Notes: generated by a model not told the origin, from the letters alone. A stretch of 63,461 nucleotides of DNA, filler included, from Octopus bimaculoides (GCF_001194135.2; 5 parts of 5 records of this genome joined end to end with filler, not necessarily neighbours in it); one strand, 5' to 3'; numbered from the whole stretch's first letter, positions 37,851 through 51,766 are shown. Numbers and translations are program-made.

Positions 37851-37904
37851 CTGTTCCTAATTTGCTATTTCAGTTTTTGTAGGCCTTTGGCAACAGAATG
37901 TATG

Positions 37905-37938
<34 letters not shown>

Positions 37939-39714
37939 NNNNNNNNNNNNNNNNNNNNNNNNNNNNNNNNNNNNNNNNNNNNNNNNNNNNNNNNNNNNNN
38001 NNNNNNNNNNNNNNNNNNNNNNNNNNNNNNNNNNNNNNNNNNNNNNNNNNNNNNNNNNNNNNNNNNNNNNNNNNNNGGAGAGAGAGAGAGAGAGAGAGAG
38101 AAGTTATGAGAGGTAATGGTGCCAGTAAGATCCACAAGGTGTCAGGTAATGCTGAGTAAGTGCTATGGATAGACCACAGTTAAGCTCCAGGTTCAGTAAT
38201 GATGTGAATAAGGAGTCCAATGTAGGTCATATATCAGCGTGTGTATATATTAAAACAATTTTCAGAATGAGATAAAAAACCAAGACTGTGAAGATTTCAG
38301 AACATTTATAAATAGAAGATCTTACAGCTGTTTCCAGGATATTTATTATATTCCTTAATTGGAGACGGTGTGAGAAAATGGTTAAGCAATAGTTAATTTA
38401 GATAAGATACGAAATAGAGAGTGAAGTGGAGGAATGAAAATAGATGTGAAATATGCAGGGATATTGCATTTGTAGATCCATTATTCAGGCAGAATGGTAT
38501 ACATATAAGATTCCAATACCTTGTGAGTAAAATCCAATAGTATCTAAAATTGGTCATTCCAAGTATAGGTTCTATGATACAAATTTCTTGTTTTAAAGTG
38601 ATCTAAATTAAAACCATCCATCAGAATCTCATGTTAATTTATGTTTCAAACACCAGTTTAAGAATGGCAAAGTTATTTTAATAAATTCTTCATTGCTTTC
38701 TAAATTAATTGAACAGAAATAGGTAACAAAAAAGGTTAATAGAAACATATTGTTTTTATCACCCAAACATGTCATGTTTAGTAATTTTTAAATCTTTTTA
38801 TCCAAAGTTCTACTTATTAAACAAATAAGGGAAGTTTGCTACAGTAGCTTGTTCTGTTATAAATATTAGTCAAGTCTCTCTCAAATTAAATCCTAGCACC
38901 TTAAAAACATGGACACATTAGATAATGTATCCTGATATGAAAAAAAAAAAGAGTGGATGGCTATGGTCAAACTCTCTTTCATCATAGCTCTGCTAATGAG
39001 ATTAACAATAACTTGAATACCAAAAGTCGACAAGGAAACATCTAGAAATAGTAGTCAAGTCTCTCTTAAATCTTTAATACTGTCTTTAAAAAAAATTAAG
39101 GATGTATTAGATAATGTATCTCTGATATACAAAAAAAAAAAGATGGGATAGCCATGGCTGGAATACCATTGGTCATTCATCTGCTCAATCAGGATAAGTT
39201 TTGCTTTTTATTGTGATTTGAAATTATCAATGGTTACCAAGTAGCCTTATGTTTGATTAGGTTTAAAGATTAAAAGTGATTTTCCTTTTAATCTATTAAC
39301 TTAAAATATGCACTTCCATGGAGCATAATCATATTATATCTCATCTATCAATCTTAATAATGCTAAAACTCTAGAGATGTTTGTGTGTACCCAAAATATC
39401 TCAGAAATAGTATATTTTATCTTAATTTCTTTTGCATATTTACTTTCATACTTACCTTCGATAGTGTAGTACAAATTTTTGTGATATTTGGACCTCTATT
39501 TATTAATGAAAACGATTAAACACAATTTCTGTTTTTGTTATTTCTTGATGCAAAAAAACATGGTTTCTGTGATGTCAACACACATATAATGAATGTCATA
39601 TATAATGAATGGCTTGTCAATCAACACAAACACACATTTACTATCTGTGACATATTCACACAAATAGCTTTCGCATTCTCTAAGAAAAAAAAAAATGTCG
39701 AGTTTTTGACTTAC

Positions 39715-40670
39715 ACAATATTTTAATCATTTAGAAGTATTTTTAACTGAATGTTATTTCAAAAATGTAAATTGTTTGTACAGTAAGTTTTTATATTTTA
39801 GTTTTCTTTAAACAGACAATATTTTAATGTTTCTTTTTAATTATCTTCAAGTGAATAGTGATCTTTCGCTTTGACTCTCAGAACTGTCATCTGGAGTTTG
39901 TTAATTTCTGTAAAAAATTTTCATTTATTTACTTATGTTTTAAAGTGAAAGAGAGGAGAAAATGAAAGATGTGTATATGAAATGGACATGTATGTGTGAA
40001 AGAGAGAGAGAGAGAGAGAGGAAGAGAGAGAGTGAGGGGGCGTGTTGTCATGCATATGTACATATATCAATACATATGCATACATCATTTTTGTATGTAC
40101 GTGTGCATGTGTGTGAGAGTGAGTGAATGAAAGTGTTCTCATGTATGTGTAAGTGGCACACTCTCTCTCTCTCACACACACACACACGTCCATTCCATAT
40201 ACACATTCATACATCTTTCACTTTCTCCTCTCTTTCACTTAAAAAAAAAGTAAATAGATAAAAAATCTTTACGGAGATTAATGAAGAAAACCAGCTGATC
40301 CAGATGACAGTTCTGAGAGTCAAAGTGAAATATCACCCCAAGGGAATACCATTACAAAAAATTTTTTCAAGTGCATTCAACATATTTCAGCTCCAAAGAT
40401 TTGGCTGCTATTTCTAGCATGCCCTGATACCACATAACAGCTATTTGTGATAAAGGATCTGAAATACTTGTTACATGGTAGCAAGGTGTGCAAGAAATAG
40501 CAGCCAAATCTTGCCTTTTCTGGGGAAAGGAGCCGTTTACGCGTGATTTCGATGTCACATTTGTTGAAATCATGCAAAATAACCTGGAAATGAAAAAAAA
40601 AAAAAACCCACGAAACAAAACTCCGTTGTTGGAAAACTCAGACTTTCCAGGTAACCCAATGGGTCACGGG
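39715..40670. repeat. Unclassified interspersed repeat, copy 2 (interrupted by a foldback element)
   Basis: Aligns with 15840-16410. Confidence 0.8.
39857..40337. mobile_element. Foldback/MULE-like non-autonomous element with long TIRs and 9-10 bp TSD
   Basis: Termini gtgatctttcgctttgactctcagaactgtcatctgga / tccagatgacagttctgagagtcaaagtgaaatatcac; imperfect arms ~160 bp. TSD caagtgaat(a) 39848 / caagggaat(a) 40338; empty site at 15981-15990. Confidence 0.8.
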
Positions 40671-42847
40671 GAGTTCAGTCATACCTTAAAATGCATTGAA
40701 AACTTCTATAACTAATGGCATAGTTCTAGAGTTCATATTCCACATTTTTAATATTTCAGCTTTATGTGTGGAGTGCTTTTCAGCCTCATGTGCTTGGATG
40801 TTACTCGCCACATCCATCAGTGTACAATACCTGGATAGGCTGTCTTATGTGACAATATCAGAACAGTAAGCTTTTTCCAAACCACTATATGAAGACCTTA
40901 TCAAGATTTGATAAGATCTGTGTGCATTGTCATTTGTAACAATACCAGGGTGGTTCGCTTTTCTTTCCCTGGGCTCACAATTGTTTGTTTATAGGTTCAA
41001 TTCCCAGAATGTTATGTCCCTGAGCATAGTGCTTCATTTCACATTGCTTCTGTTCACTCTATTGAAAATGAGTACCATCAATAGAAGGTTGTGACAGATT
41101 TGCATCTCATTCAGGAGTAAGTATTGTACACTCAGTTGCTTAAACTCCTTGGAAACTGGGAGAAACTTCAGCCTAATGGACCTGTAAGCTCAAGGCAGAC
41201 AATATGCTCTAAGTCCCAAATCTTAAGATAATGGGAACACAATGGAAATAGTATGGTGATGACACAAAACACTGATCCTTCCATCCTTTAGCTCCCTGTA
41301 ATAATCTGAGGAAGCAAACATAACCAAATCTACTAACAACTATAACGTCAAAGGAATCTCTACATGATCAGTTGATCTGCTAAATATAGCAGTTAAATCT
41401 CACTTAAATTATATCAAGTATTGTTGAAATGGTAGGATCACATTGGACAATACAGCTTTACACACATAATACTTGAGAGAAGGACTGCTTGGTCATGGCT
41501 GGAATACCTTTGAATAGTTTGCTCAGTTGGGGTTGACATAAGCTCAAACATCAACAATATCAACAACAACACTGCTATTATATAAAAATAGCTGTAACAA
41601 ACTTACCATTTTCTTTCAATGATTTCTGAGATAATCCTAATGCTTGTATGTGTGTATTTATGGAGATGAATTTAGATTCAACCTGGGACATTTGCTTAAC
41701 ATGATGATCGGCTATCATCAGTTGTAATTCTATTTTCTGTTCTTGATCTTTAATTTGCTTTTGATAACCAAAGTTTTCAAGCTGAAAAATATGTTATAAG
41801 CTTCCTTTCATTTGAGTTGTCACAATAAAATGCACTGTAATATGGTGGCAAATAAGAACTGATGGCCCGTCTAAACCATACCAGCATGGACAGAGGGAGT
41901 AAAATGATGATGATAATTATATGTGCATGTGTGTATACACACACAGAGATTCACACATACAAACATATATATCTTGCACACCTGAATTCCTTTACAAGTA
42001 GGGATTCTAAACAATTTACTTCCCTTCTCACCCATATATACCATTTCAAGACTTAGGGCACACCCTGTACCATGTCCTAGTTTATAATCTGTGGTGGAAC
42101 TCCAACAATGCATATTGTTACATCTGTAAATTATGTTGCTAAGAGTTGTTCACTATATTATACCAGAATGAGCCTCTTTGTTTAATTGATTCTCTGACAT
42201 AACTTATGCTTGTAGGACATAAATTCTATAAGACCTTTGCTCATTATGTAAAATCATTATTATTTGTTATTATCTTAATTAAACTTCTCTTTTACTTATA
42301 TCTTCTTTTTCTACTCCCTCCACTCCCCACATTGTTCTTAGCTACTTTGTCTTGTCTGTAAATTATTACTTTGTCCCCAAACCACCACTATATCGCTGAC
42401 AACACTATTTCTTTGGCCAGCTTTATCTCCTCTGCTTTTAGTCAAGTAGAACCTTCATCTTGTGTCACTCCTTAACCTACCCTTCTATTTGATTATTTCC
42501 TCTGCTTCATCCAACACTTCCTTCACTACCCCACTCTGTTCTCTTTAAACCTTTATATTTATAAACACTGCTTGGAAATACACATTTGGAACCTTGCTGT
42601 TGAGAAGAGATGCCCAACTTGTTTTAACATTTTCAGAGGACTTGTTGCAAAGCATACATCTACAACATCAAGCACATATTACATTTTAATATGATTATTA
42701 CATAAGTTATGGATGTCTTGAATCAGGTGTTGAGATAAAACTTTACATAATTCTTCTGTTCTGTTTTCTTTTTTCTTTATTCTGTAATCTGCATTTTGTG
42801 CTCTACATAAATATACATATCAAGCCTACCTGTATTTATCTACCTTA

Positions 42848-42909
<62 letters not shown>

Positions 42910-43100
42910 ATATATATATATATATATATAACAATTCTGGAGTGGATCTAGAGAGGTGTGTATAACAACCAAAGTATTGTGGTTATGATCTCTGTGAGTC
43001 ACATCAGCTTGAGTACTAAGATAAACCTAATTAAATGGAAATTATGCAGAATTTTGCCAGATGGTCTGGACATGTTATTAGATGGTAGTTCTAATCAGCT

Positions 43101-43466
43101 ACTCTTCTACTTGTTTCAGTCATTTGACTATGGCCATGCTGGAGCACCAACTTTAGTTGAACAAATCGCTCCCAAGACTTATTCTTAGTGAGCCTAGTAG
43201 TTATTCTATCAGTCTCTTATGCTGAACTGCTAAGTTATGGGGACATAAACACACCAACATCATTTGTCAAGCGATAGTGAGGAGGCTAACAGATACACAA
43301 ACACACATACGACAGGCTTCTTGCAGTTTCTGTTCATCAAAACCACTCACAAGGTTTTGGTCAGCCTGTAGCTATAGCAGAAGACACTTGCCCAAGATGC
43401 CACACAGTGGGACTGAAGCCAGAATCATGTGGTTGGGAAGCAAGCTTCTTACCACACAGCCACCAC
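43101..43466 (-). mobile_element. SINE family A, full-length older copy
   Basis: Colinear with 58302-58725. Confidence 0.9.
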
Positions 43467-43681
43467 AACTACTCAGATTTTTTGGTGTCTGTAGCAGAGG
43501 TTATTCTGTTACAAGTATTTAAATTAAATCTCAAAATATCTGATATAACTTGCTGTCTTCATGCACTGATTCCTATTGTAGCAACCCATGTGTGATTGTA
43601 GTTTTTTTAATCCAAACCACTTGTCCTGGAGTACCTGTAAAAGATAATGGGTGCTACTCTTCATTCTCAGACTAGAATATA

Positions 43682-43870
43682 AAACATCATCATCCTCCTC
43701 CTTTTATTGTCCACTTTTCCATGATTGTATGAATCAGAAAGAATTTGGTGAATTTTCTATGGCTGATGCCCTTCATGTCACCAACCTTCACCTGTTTCCA
43801 AGAAAGATAATATTTCATCATGACTAGACATGTTTTCATGGCAGACTGAAAGGAAAAAAAACACTGCTTG
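43682..43870 (-). mobile_element. RTE-related 3' UTR fragment
   Basis: catcatcat tail plus ctatggctgatgcccttc.tgtcaccaacc motif. Confidence 0.6.
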
Positions 43871-44187
43871 CATGATGGTGACACTCACAACTATCACTGG
43901 ATATCAAGGCAAGGAGATGGTAATACACAAACATAAGCACACACACACGCACGCATGCACACACACACACACACACGCATGCACGCGTGTACACACACAC
44001 ACACACACACAAAATAATGGAAACATCTAGCATCAGAGCATCATGATTTTGAAATATCTATAAAATCGTCAAAAGCTTGTTTATTTTTATGTTTTTTGAT
44101 TTATTATTAGTGTTGCTTAATATGTTTTACTAAAATTGCTGTTTCTTTTCAGATATCATCAGAAAAAGGTAATTAAAATTCATTAAA

Positions 44188-44746
44188 ATGACAGATCTAT
44201 CAGACTTTCAAAGAGGTCAAATTGTTGGTGCTTGTACAGCAGGCGCTAGCTTAACAAAAACAGCCTAAATGTATCAAGAAGTATTGTCTTGAAAGTAATG
44301 ACAACCTTTGAGAAAGGGGAAAAATCCTCCTCGTCGAAACAAAACTCCAGAAGAAAACCCAAACTTTCAGACAGGGACTGTCAGACTCTTACGCAAATTG
44401 TTAGAAAGGATCACAAAAGTACAGCTCCCAAAATTACTGCAGCGCTTAATGACCACCTCGAAAACCCAGTTTCCATGAAAACTGTTCAAAGGGACCTGCA
44501 CAATGCCAGATTTCACGGGCAGGATGCAATTAGAAAACCATTACTTTCAAAAACAAATGATGCAAAGCATTTAGAGTGGAGTAAAAACTTACAGAATTGA
44601 TCCCTAGAGCAGTGGAACAGTGGAAAAATATTTTCTTGGACAAGTCATCCTTTACCTTATTTCCAACCTCCAGCCGAGTATATGTGTGGAGACAGCCAAA
44701 AGGAGCATTTGACCCAGACTGCCTTCTTTCAACTGTTGAACATGGA
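44188..44746 (+). mobile_element. Tc1-family transposase N-terminal half (pseudogene), truncated by gap
   Basis: MTDLSDFQRGQIVG...RRKPKLSDRD...RKPLLS...FLDKSSF...VWRQPK; stop and frameshifts. Confidence 0.9.
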
Positions 44747-45202
44747 NNNNNNNNNNNNNNNNNNNNNNNNNNNNNNNNNNNNNNNNNNNNNNNNNNNNNN
44801 NNNNNNNNNNNNNNNNNNNNNNNNNNNNNNNNNNNNNNNNNNNNNNNNNNNNNNNNNNNNNNNNNNNNNNNNNNNNNNNNNNNNNNNNNNNNNNNNNNNN
44901 NNNNNNNNNNNNNNNNNNNNNNNNNNNNNNNNNNNNNNNNNNNNNNNNNNNNNNNNNNNNNNNNNNNNNNNNNNNNNNNNNNNNNNNNNNNNNNNNNNNN
45001 NNNNNNNNNNNNNNNNNNNNNNNNNNNNNNNNNNNNNNNNNNNNNNNNNNNNNNNNNNNNNNNNNNNNNNNNNNNNNNNNNNNNNNNNNNNNNNNNNNNN
45101 NNNNNNNNNNNNNNNNNNNNNNNNNNNNNNNNNNNNNNNNNNNNNNNNNNNNNNNNNNNNNNNNNNNNNNNNNNNNNNNNNNNNNNNNNNNNNNNNNNNN
45201 NN

Positions 45203-45250
<48 letters not shown>

Positions 45251-45251
<1 letters not shown>

Positions 45252-48200
45252 TAGCTGACGTACCCGGTAAAGTGGGGCTTATCCCTTTGTTCCATTCTCA
45301 TAATTGTTTCGCTAATCTAATAAAAACAATACAAAGTATGTAACCCTTAAAATGGTTTTTGTGCATTTACAGAGAATACAAAACTGTCTTACATAGGATC
45401 TTGTTTTTAGGAATTCCGAATAAGTTATGAATACCCAAATTGTGAAGTCAGTTATGTAATAATTAGTTACCCGATAGTAAGAATTCAAATAAAGTAGCCC
45501 TGAAAATGGCTTTAAAGCATTCCCAGAGTATATAGAACATAGGAGGAAATACCAATACGGTATGTATACCAAAATCATGAAGCATGTTATGTAATAACAG
45601 GCTAATCAGGTATGAGATAATAACAATTTAAAGTAAATAACTCTGAAAAGGGCTTTTGTGCATTCCCAGAGAATATTACCCTCAGGGGTGCTAGTGTTGA
45701 AATAGATTTGCAATGAATGTAGAAACAGACTGACATTTAGTTTTACAGTAGACATACAAATAGATTTGCATATAGATTTAAAAATAAAATAATATGTAGA
45801 TTATTAATACATTTACAACACTTACAAATATTACAGTTAAATAATAAATACCTGATGATTTGGTGAATCTTATTAAGTTTGCAGAGCTTCTTTCTAAAAA
45901 AACCTTTTTGGTCTTTCCTTGTGGGGCAAAAATAAACAAATGATTAGGATTGCCAACTCTTGAGCATCCCACATAAAGTTGGCCATGGGACAAAACTGGT
46001 TCTAAAAGGTTCAAACCTACCACATTCAAGGACTGTCCCTTAGCCTTCTTAATGCTAATTTCAAAGCTGTTTCAATGGGAATTGCAGGTGCTTGTACTGG
46101 AAAGGTATATCCGAGGGTATAAGTGGAATTTTAGGAATGAATACAGGTTTGCCACTTGCTTTACCAGTCAAAATTGTTGTCTCCAAGGCTGTTGGCATCA
46201 TCTCCTTTATTATAAGTCATGTGCCATTGCAAAGCTTTGGTGGATCAACGTTTCAAAGCAGCATAACTGGTGCCCCAATTTTGATGTGCAAGTTGTGAGG
46301 TGGGAGGCCAGGTGGTGTTAGACTATTCAAGAATTTAACTGGATAATTCACAGCTTCATCGATGTTGTAGATGTGACACTCACCTGGCAACTGTTTCAGA
46401 AGTTTAAAGTTCAAATCATCAATGCTATATTCTTTGGAGCTAAAATGGCACAGGTTTTCAGCCAGTTGTGGTCTGTAAACTAACTCTTCAGTTTAGGAAA
46501 CACCTTATTCATTAGTTCCTTTAAATCAGATATCATACACCCAGAAGGCAAGCTTACCTGGCCATCCTTCTTGCCAACCGAAGTGCCATTACCGATGCCC
46601 AACAGTTGCTTTGAAAAGGTTCTGTCCACATCATCACCACTGAGCTACACTTTCTGTTGGTTGTGTGTCTTAGCTGTTGCACACTACTCCATAGGTAGGA
46701 TGAGTTTATGTTGGCATTTACTTCATCAGCTCTTGTCCCCTTTGGAACCACTGGAAGGGTTTGTCTAAAGTCTCCTATGTGATGGTTGGAGGCGAATACT
46801 GTATCTTATTTTTAATGTTTTTGATTGCAAGGTATAACAAATATTATTATTTCTTAAGTAAGAAGCTATGATGGTAAACTCGTCACTTGTAACTTAATTA
46901 TAAGTATTTATCACCATGCATAACTCTTAATTCAGGCTGCGCAAATGTTATGATGAATTATACACATCAAGACGCTGAACGTGCGTTTTATGCGTGCATG
47001 TATGTTGAAGATATGGAATCATATTCTATTAACCGTTACATAAAAAAATTACAGTTTCATAAATACAGAAATAAAATTAACAAGTTGAAAGAACGTGAAG
47101 TAAAAGAAAATAATTTCTACATTAGTTTATTTATGTACATTTGGCATTTATAGTGCAATTGGAAAGTAAGGTCATTTCGTCGTAGAGAATTACGACTTAA
47201 AATTCACACTAGCTAATCTTTCATACTAACTACTAGAGTTCACAACAATTCAATCTCGTTGGATTTGAGTTATGAACATGGCATAAAGATTAGCCGATAC
47301 TCAAAAGTGTCGTGGATTTGAGTGACAATCAACGATCACTGGAGAATTTCCCAAAAAATCAGGGTTTTTATAACTGCTCATACACGAATTCTAAGAACCG
47401 CACTTCATGAAAGATTTCTTTAATGAAAGTTCAGAATTCATATATGGGCAGTAATTTTTAATCAATGAGAAATCAACAATTTCTCCTGTTCGAGCAAACG
47501 AACCTATGTTCTCTCCTCGCCTCTTATGAATTTGCTACACCTGCAAGCAAAACTGTTGCACCTCCCATGAGCCTGGTGTTGTGTCTCAGATCCTGAAGGG
47601 CCACGTGAAGAGCTTCAAAGGAAACCCTACGGCTCATTGTTGCTTCATCCCAGATGATCAACCTGCGTTCACCCAGAAGTTTGCCGTTTATAGATTCACA
47701 ACTGATGTTGCCGTTTGCCTTCTGTTTCTCGGACAGGTCCAAAGGGAGTTTGAAACTTAGCAGGGTTGCAGGTATTCCACTTGACACCACTGCTATGGCA
47801 ATGTGTTTAATTTGGCGCAGTTTAGCCAGAAGAAGGTTGATGACAAATGTTCTGCCAGTTCCACCTGGAGCATCCAGAAAGAAAAGACCACTTATTTCAT
47901 TTATCAATGCTCGAAATAACGGTGTTATAAACACCCAGCTGGTCCTCCATCAGTTTGTGTTCTTTACCAGTTATATATGCTGTCATTTCCTCGATGTCAG
48001 AGCTGATTTCTTGAAGGTACTCAATTGAGAGATTGTTTGCTGCCTGTCCAAATGTGGACTTGTGTTGACTTTCCATAGCTTGCACTCGGGTGTCCAGGTC
48101 AAGTAATGCCTCATTGTAAATGGCATTATTGAACGTGGCAATTTCAGCTGCTGAGGTTTGCCTTTGAATCCTTTGTAGAGTATCCTCTACCATGCTGATT

Positions 48201-48740
48201 TGTGGGTCACTAAAGCTTGAGAGGTTCATGCAAGCCACATGTCATCAACCTGATAGAAAATAGCTGGCGCAGTTGATGTAGTGCTGTGCTGACTGCTGCC
48301 TCCCCCAGCGTCTGGTCCCAGTGAGTATCATCCTCCAGTAGTCCATGTTTGGTGCAGGCTTCTCTGTAGGTCATGAAGACTTCCCCATTGTGTCTTCAAA
48401 AGTCTGCGAACGATGTAGGGCCTCTGACAGTGTGCAGCAGTAGATGCAGAAAGAAGCACTCCTGCTGATTAGGGTGCAGTGTACACCCACCTGATGGCCC
48501 CACTTCTGAAGACAGCAGCTTCTTCCCAGCCCTCAATGCATGCTCCTTGCTTGCGTCTGTTCCATCTATTGTGTGCCCAGGTATAGTACTCGGGGATCTC
48601 TACATACAACAGTGTTCAGGCATTGGCATAATTTGAAGAAAGCTGTGAAAGTGGTTTCTGGTGAATTCAGAACTATGTTTCGAGCACTGTTTTCTGTGAA
48701 ATATACAAGCTGGCCATTTTCAAGATGTACAGATAGATTT
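45251..48740 (-). mobile_element. Degraded Helitron (Rep C-terminal part plus PIF1-like helicase) with 3' CTAG end
   Basis: FLDAPGGTGRTF, IWDEATM, GDFRQTLPVV, HGQLYVGCSRV; Rep remnants (VHLENGQ, VHPNQQECF). CTAG-T terminus at 45251-45254. Confidence 0.88.
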
Positions 48741-48779
48741 TAAGATGTTCCTACATGTAAACAGGGTGTGACCTTTGTG

Positions 48780-49245
48780 ATGACAGTGCATTTATCTAAA
48801 AGCAGAACAGTTCTTCATGCAGTGCTTGTCAATTGGCTGAAGTGACACGAAAGGGTATATTCATGAATAAGTCACTAACTGAAATAAGTGGATCTATTGT
48901 TTAGGAAAATACTATTTACTTGTTTTAAGGGTTGTACCGGATTAATTGCGAAAATAACTCTAACAGTTCAAATACTAAGAAATAGACATATTCAACTTGA
49001 TTTATACCAAATAATATAGGAAAATGAATGGGTTATTTCCCTTGGCTGTTAATAGTTATATATGTGGATCCCTTCCAGGGGCTCTAGCCACCCAATTATA
49101 GATTTTTATTAAACTTCGAATGAGCTTAGTAACAAACTGGATGTTACTTTAGCATATTTGCAAAGTTTCATGAAAATTCATTAACAGGTGTAGACACAAA
49201 CAGACAAACAAACAGACAACTTCATTTTATGTATGTATAAGATAT
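48780..49245 (+). mobile_element. Possible Helentron-associated non-autonomous (DINE/HINE-like) element
   Basis: 3' pattern caaagtttcatgaaaat...acaaacagacaaacaaacagacaacttcattttatgtatgtataagat; boundaries approximate. Confidence 0.35.
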
Positions 49246-49617
49246 AATAAAGGTTCAAGAGCTTCATGTTTTGGCATTTATCAAGCTAGTTACAAGGCAA
49301 AGAGCTGTGAATTAATATAACTGGCAATAAATAGATTTCCCTCTGGGTTGTTGTAGATCAAATTTTAAAATCATAATAATGGCTCATGGACAATTCATAT
49401 TTTTTCAAGTAACTTGCCTGTTATGTTGTTCAATAAGCAAATACATAAATAAATAAATGAGTAAAGAAATAAAGAGAGAAAGAAAAAACCTTACGTGTGT
49501 TATCACATACACACACATGCAAAAACAAGTTCTGCACACACATATATGAGAGAAAGTGCATATAAATTAGGTGTATAGATATACATGCGGAAACATGTAT
49601 ACATGTACACAAATGCA

Positions 49618-49651
<34 letters not shown>

Positions 49652-49751
49652 NNNNNNNNNNNNNNNNNNNNNNNNNNNNNNNNNNNNNNNNNNNNTTAAT
49701 TAATTAANNNNNNNNNNNNNNNNNNNNNNNNNNNNNNNNNNNNNNNNNNNN

Positions 49752-49782
<31 letters not shown>

Positions 49783-50068
49783 AAAACATGTTTATACACA
49801 TGTATGCATAACCATAAATACATACACATGTACATACATAAATTTACATACACATATGCATATATACATGCATACACAGATACTTACTATGCATACTTAT
49901 TTATATATATACACCTATACATTCATAAATATACGCATATCCATCTATTTATCTATCCATACATACACGCACACATACATATATACCTACATACCTACCG
50001 ACATACATTGTTACAGGCATACCTATACATACATACATACATACATACATACATACATACATACATAC

Positions 50069-50248
50069 ATCGCTTCTCGGCCTTTTGGCTAAGATCAAAA
50101 TGTAGTATCTGTTCTTATCAGCTGATACGGCCCCTATTTGGGGTCATCGATATTAAACTGTTTTTTAGAACGAGGCGAAGTGTTAGGGGCTTGCTCCGCT
50201 TTTGCGACAGGTTGGCCTGGTATAGCAGTACTTCCAGGATTCAGCCCA
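50069..50248 (+). pseudogene. U2: U2 snRNA pseudogene (near full length)
   Basis: ATCGCTTCTCGGCCTTTTGGCTAAGATCAA...TGTAGTATCTGTTCTTATCAG...GGCTTGCTCC...CCTGGTATAGCAGTACTTCCAGGA. Lesions: ~8-nt deletion in stem IIa, altered Sm site (GTTTTTTA), AA instead of G before TGTAGTA; preceded by (TACA)n rather than a recognisable PSE. Confidence 0.9.
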
Positions 50249-50264
50249 TATTCAGAAGAAAATA

Positions 50265-50429
50265 TAGGCGTAGGAGTGGCTGTGTTGTAAGTAGCTTGCT
50301 TACCAACCACATGGTTCCGGGTTTAGTCCCACTGCGTGGCACCTTTGGCAATTGTCTCCTACTATAACATCGGGCCGACCAAAGCCTTGTGAGTGGATTT
50401 GGTAGACGGAAACGGAAAGAAGCTCGTCG

Positions 50430-50430
<1 letters not shown>
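50265..50430 (+). mobile_element. SINE family A 5' half
   Basis: Reverse complement of 58561-58725. Confidence 0.9.
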
Positions 50431-50479
<49 letters not shown>

Positions 50480-51689
50480 AAAAGTGGAGGGAAGGTNNNN
50501 NNNNNNNNNNNNNNNNNNNNNNNNNNNNNNNNNNNNNNNNNNNNNNNNNNNNNNNNNNNNNNNNNNNNNNNNNNNNNNNNNNNNNNNNNNNNNNNNNNNN
50601 NNNNNNNNNNNNNNNNNNNNNNNNNNNNNNNNNNNNNNNNNNNNNNNNNNNNNNNNNNNNNNNNNNNNNNNNNNNNNNNNNNNNNNNNNNNNNNNNNNNN
50701 NNNNNNNNNNNNNNNNNNNNNNNNNNNNNNNNNNNNNNNNNNNNNNNNNNNNNNNNNNNNNNNNNNNNNNNNNNNNNNNNNNNNNNNNNNNNNNNNNNNN
50801 NNNNNNNNNNNNNNNNNNNNNNNNNNNNNNNNNNNNNNNNNNNNNNNNNNNNNNNNNNNNNNNNNNNNNNNNNNNNNNNNNNNNNNNNNNNNNNNNNNNN
50901 NNNNNNNNNNNNNNNNNNNNNNNNNNNNNNNNNNNNNNNNNNNNNNNNNNNNNNNNNNNNNNNNNNNNNNNNNNNNNNNNNNNNNNNNNNNNNNNNNNNN
51001 NNNNNNNNNNNNNNNNNNNNNNNNNNNNNNNNNNNNNNNNNNNNNNNNNNNNNNNNNNNNNNNNNNNNNNNNNNNNNNNNNNNNNNNNNNNNNNNNNNNN
51101 NNNNNNNNNNNNNNNNNNNNNNNNNNNNNNNNNNNNNNNNNNNNNNNNNNNNNNNNNNNNNNNNNNNNNNNNNNNNNNNNNNNNNNNNNNNNNNNNNNNN
51201 NNNNNNNNNNNNNNNNNNNNNNNNNNNNNNNNNNNNNNNNNNNNNNNNNNNNNNNNNNNNNNNNNNNNNNNNNNNNNNNNNNNNNNNNNNNNNNNNNNNN
51301 NNNNNNNNNNNNNNNNNNNNNNNNNNNNNNNNNNNNNNNNNNNNNNNNNNNNNCTTTCCTTCCTACGATCTCTTTTGATCGACCCCCCCTTTTTTTCCTT
51401 CCCCCTCCCAAAAAGAAAAGCTCTACATTGTATTTGTCCCATCTTCGTTGAGCCCTGTGTGGCTAATAAAAGAAATGTATCTTAAAGCTTGTGTAATTTA
51501 CGTTGTAGAAAATCCGCCATTTTAGAAACCATGTTTTCATGTTAAACTTACGTATGTATCCTTGCATATTATTCCTCTCGCTGTAATTGTTGCTGTTGTT
51601 TTAATAAATATACATCGATGCCATTTTCTCCTAATGCAATAATGCCTGGTGTCACGTTTAATTTGTTCTCTTCTTGTTTCAGAGTTAAT

Positions 51690-51704
51690 AAACGATTATT
51701 ATTG

Positions 51705-51766
<62 letters not shown>

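Noticed and set aside
42637-42690. Possible terminal exon (EDLLQSIHLQHQAHITF-stop) after a ttttcAG acceptor
   Set aside because: Too short, with no homology or compatible upstream exon to support it.
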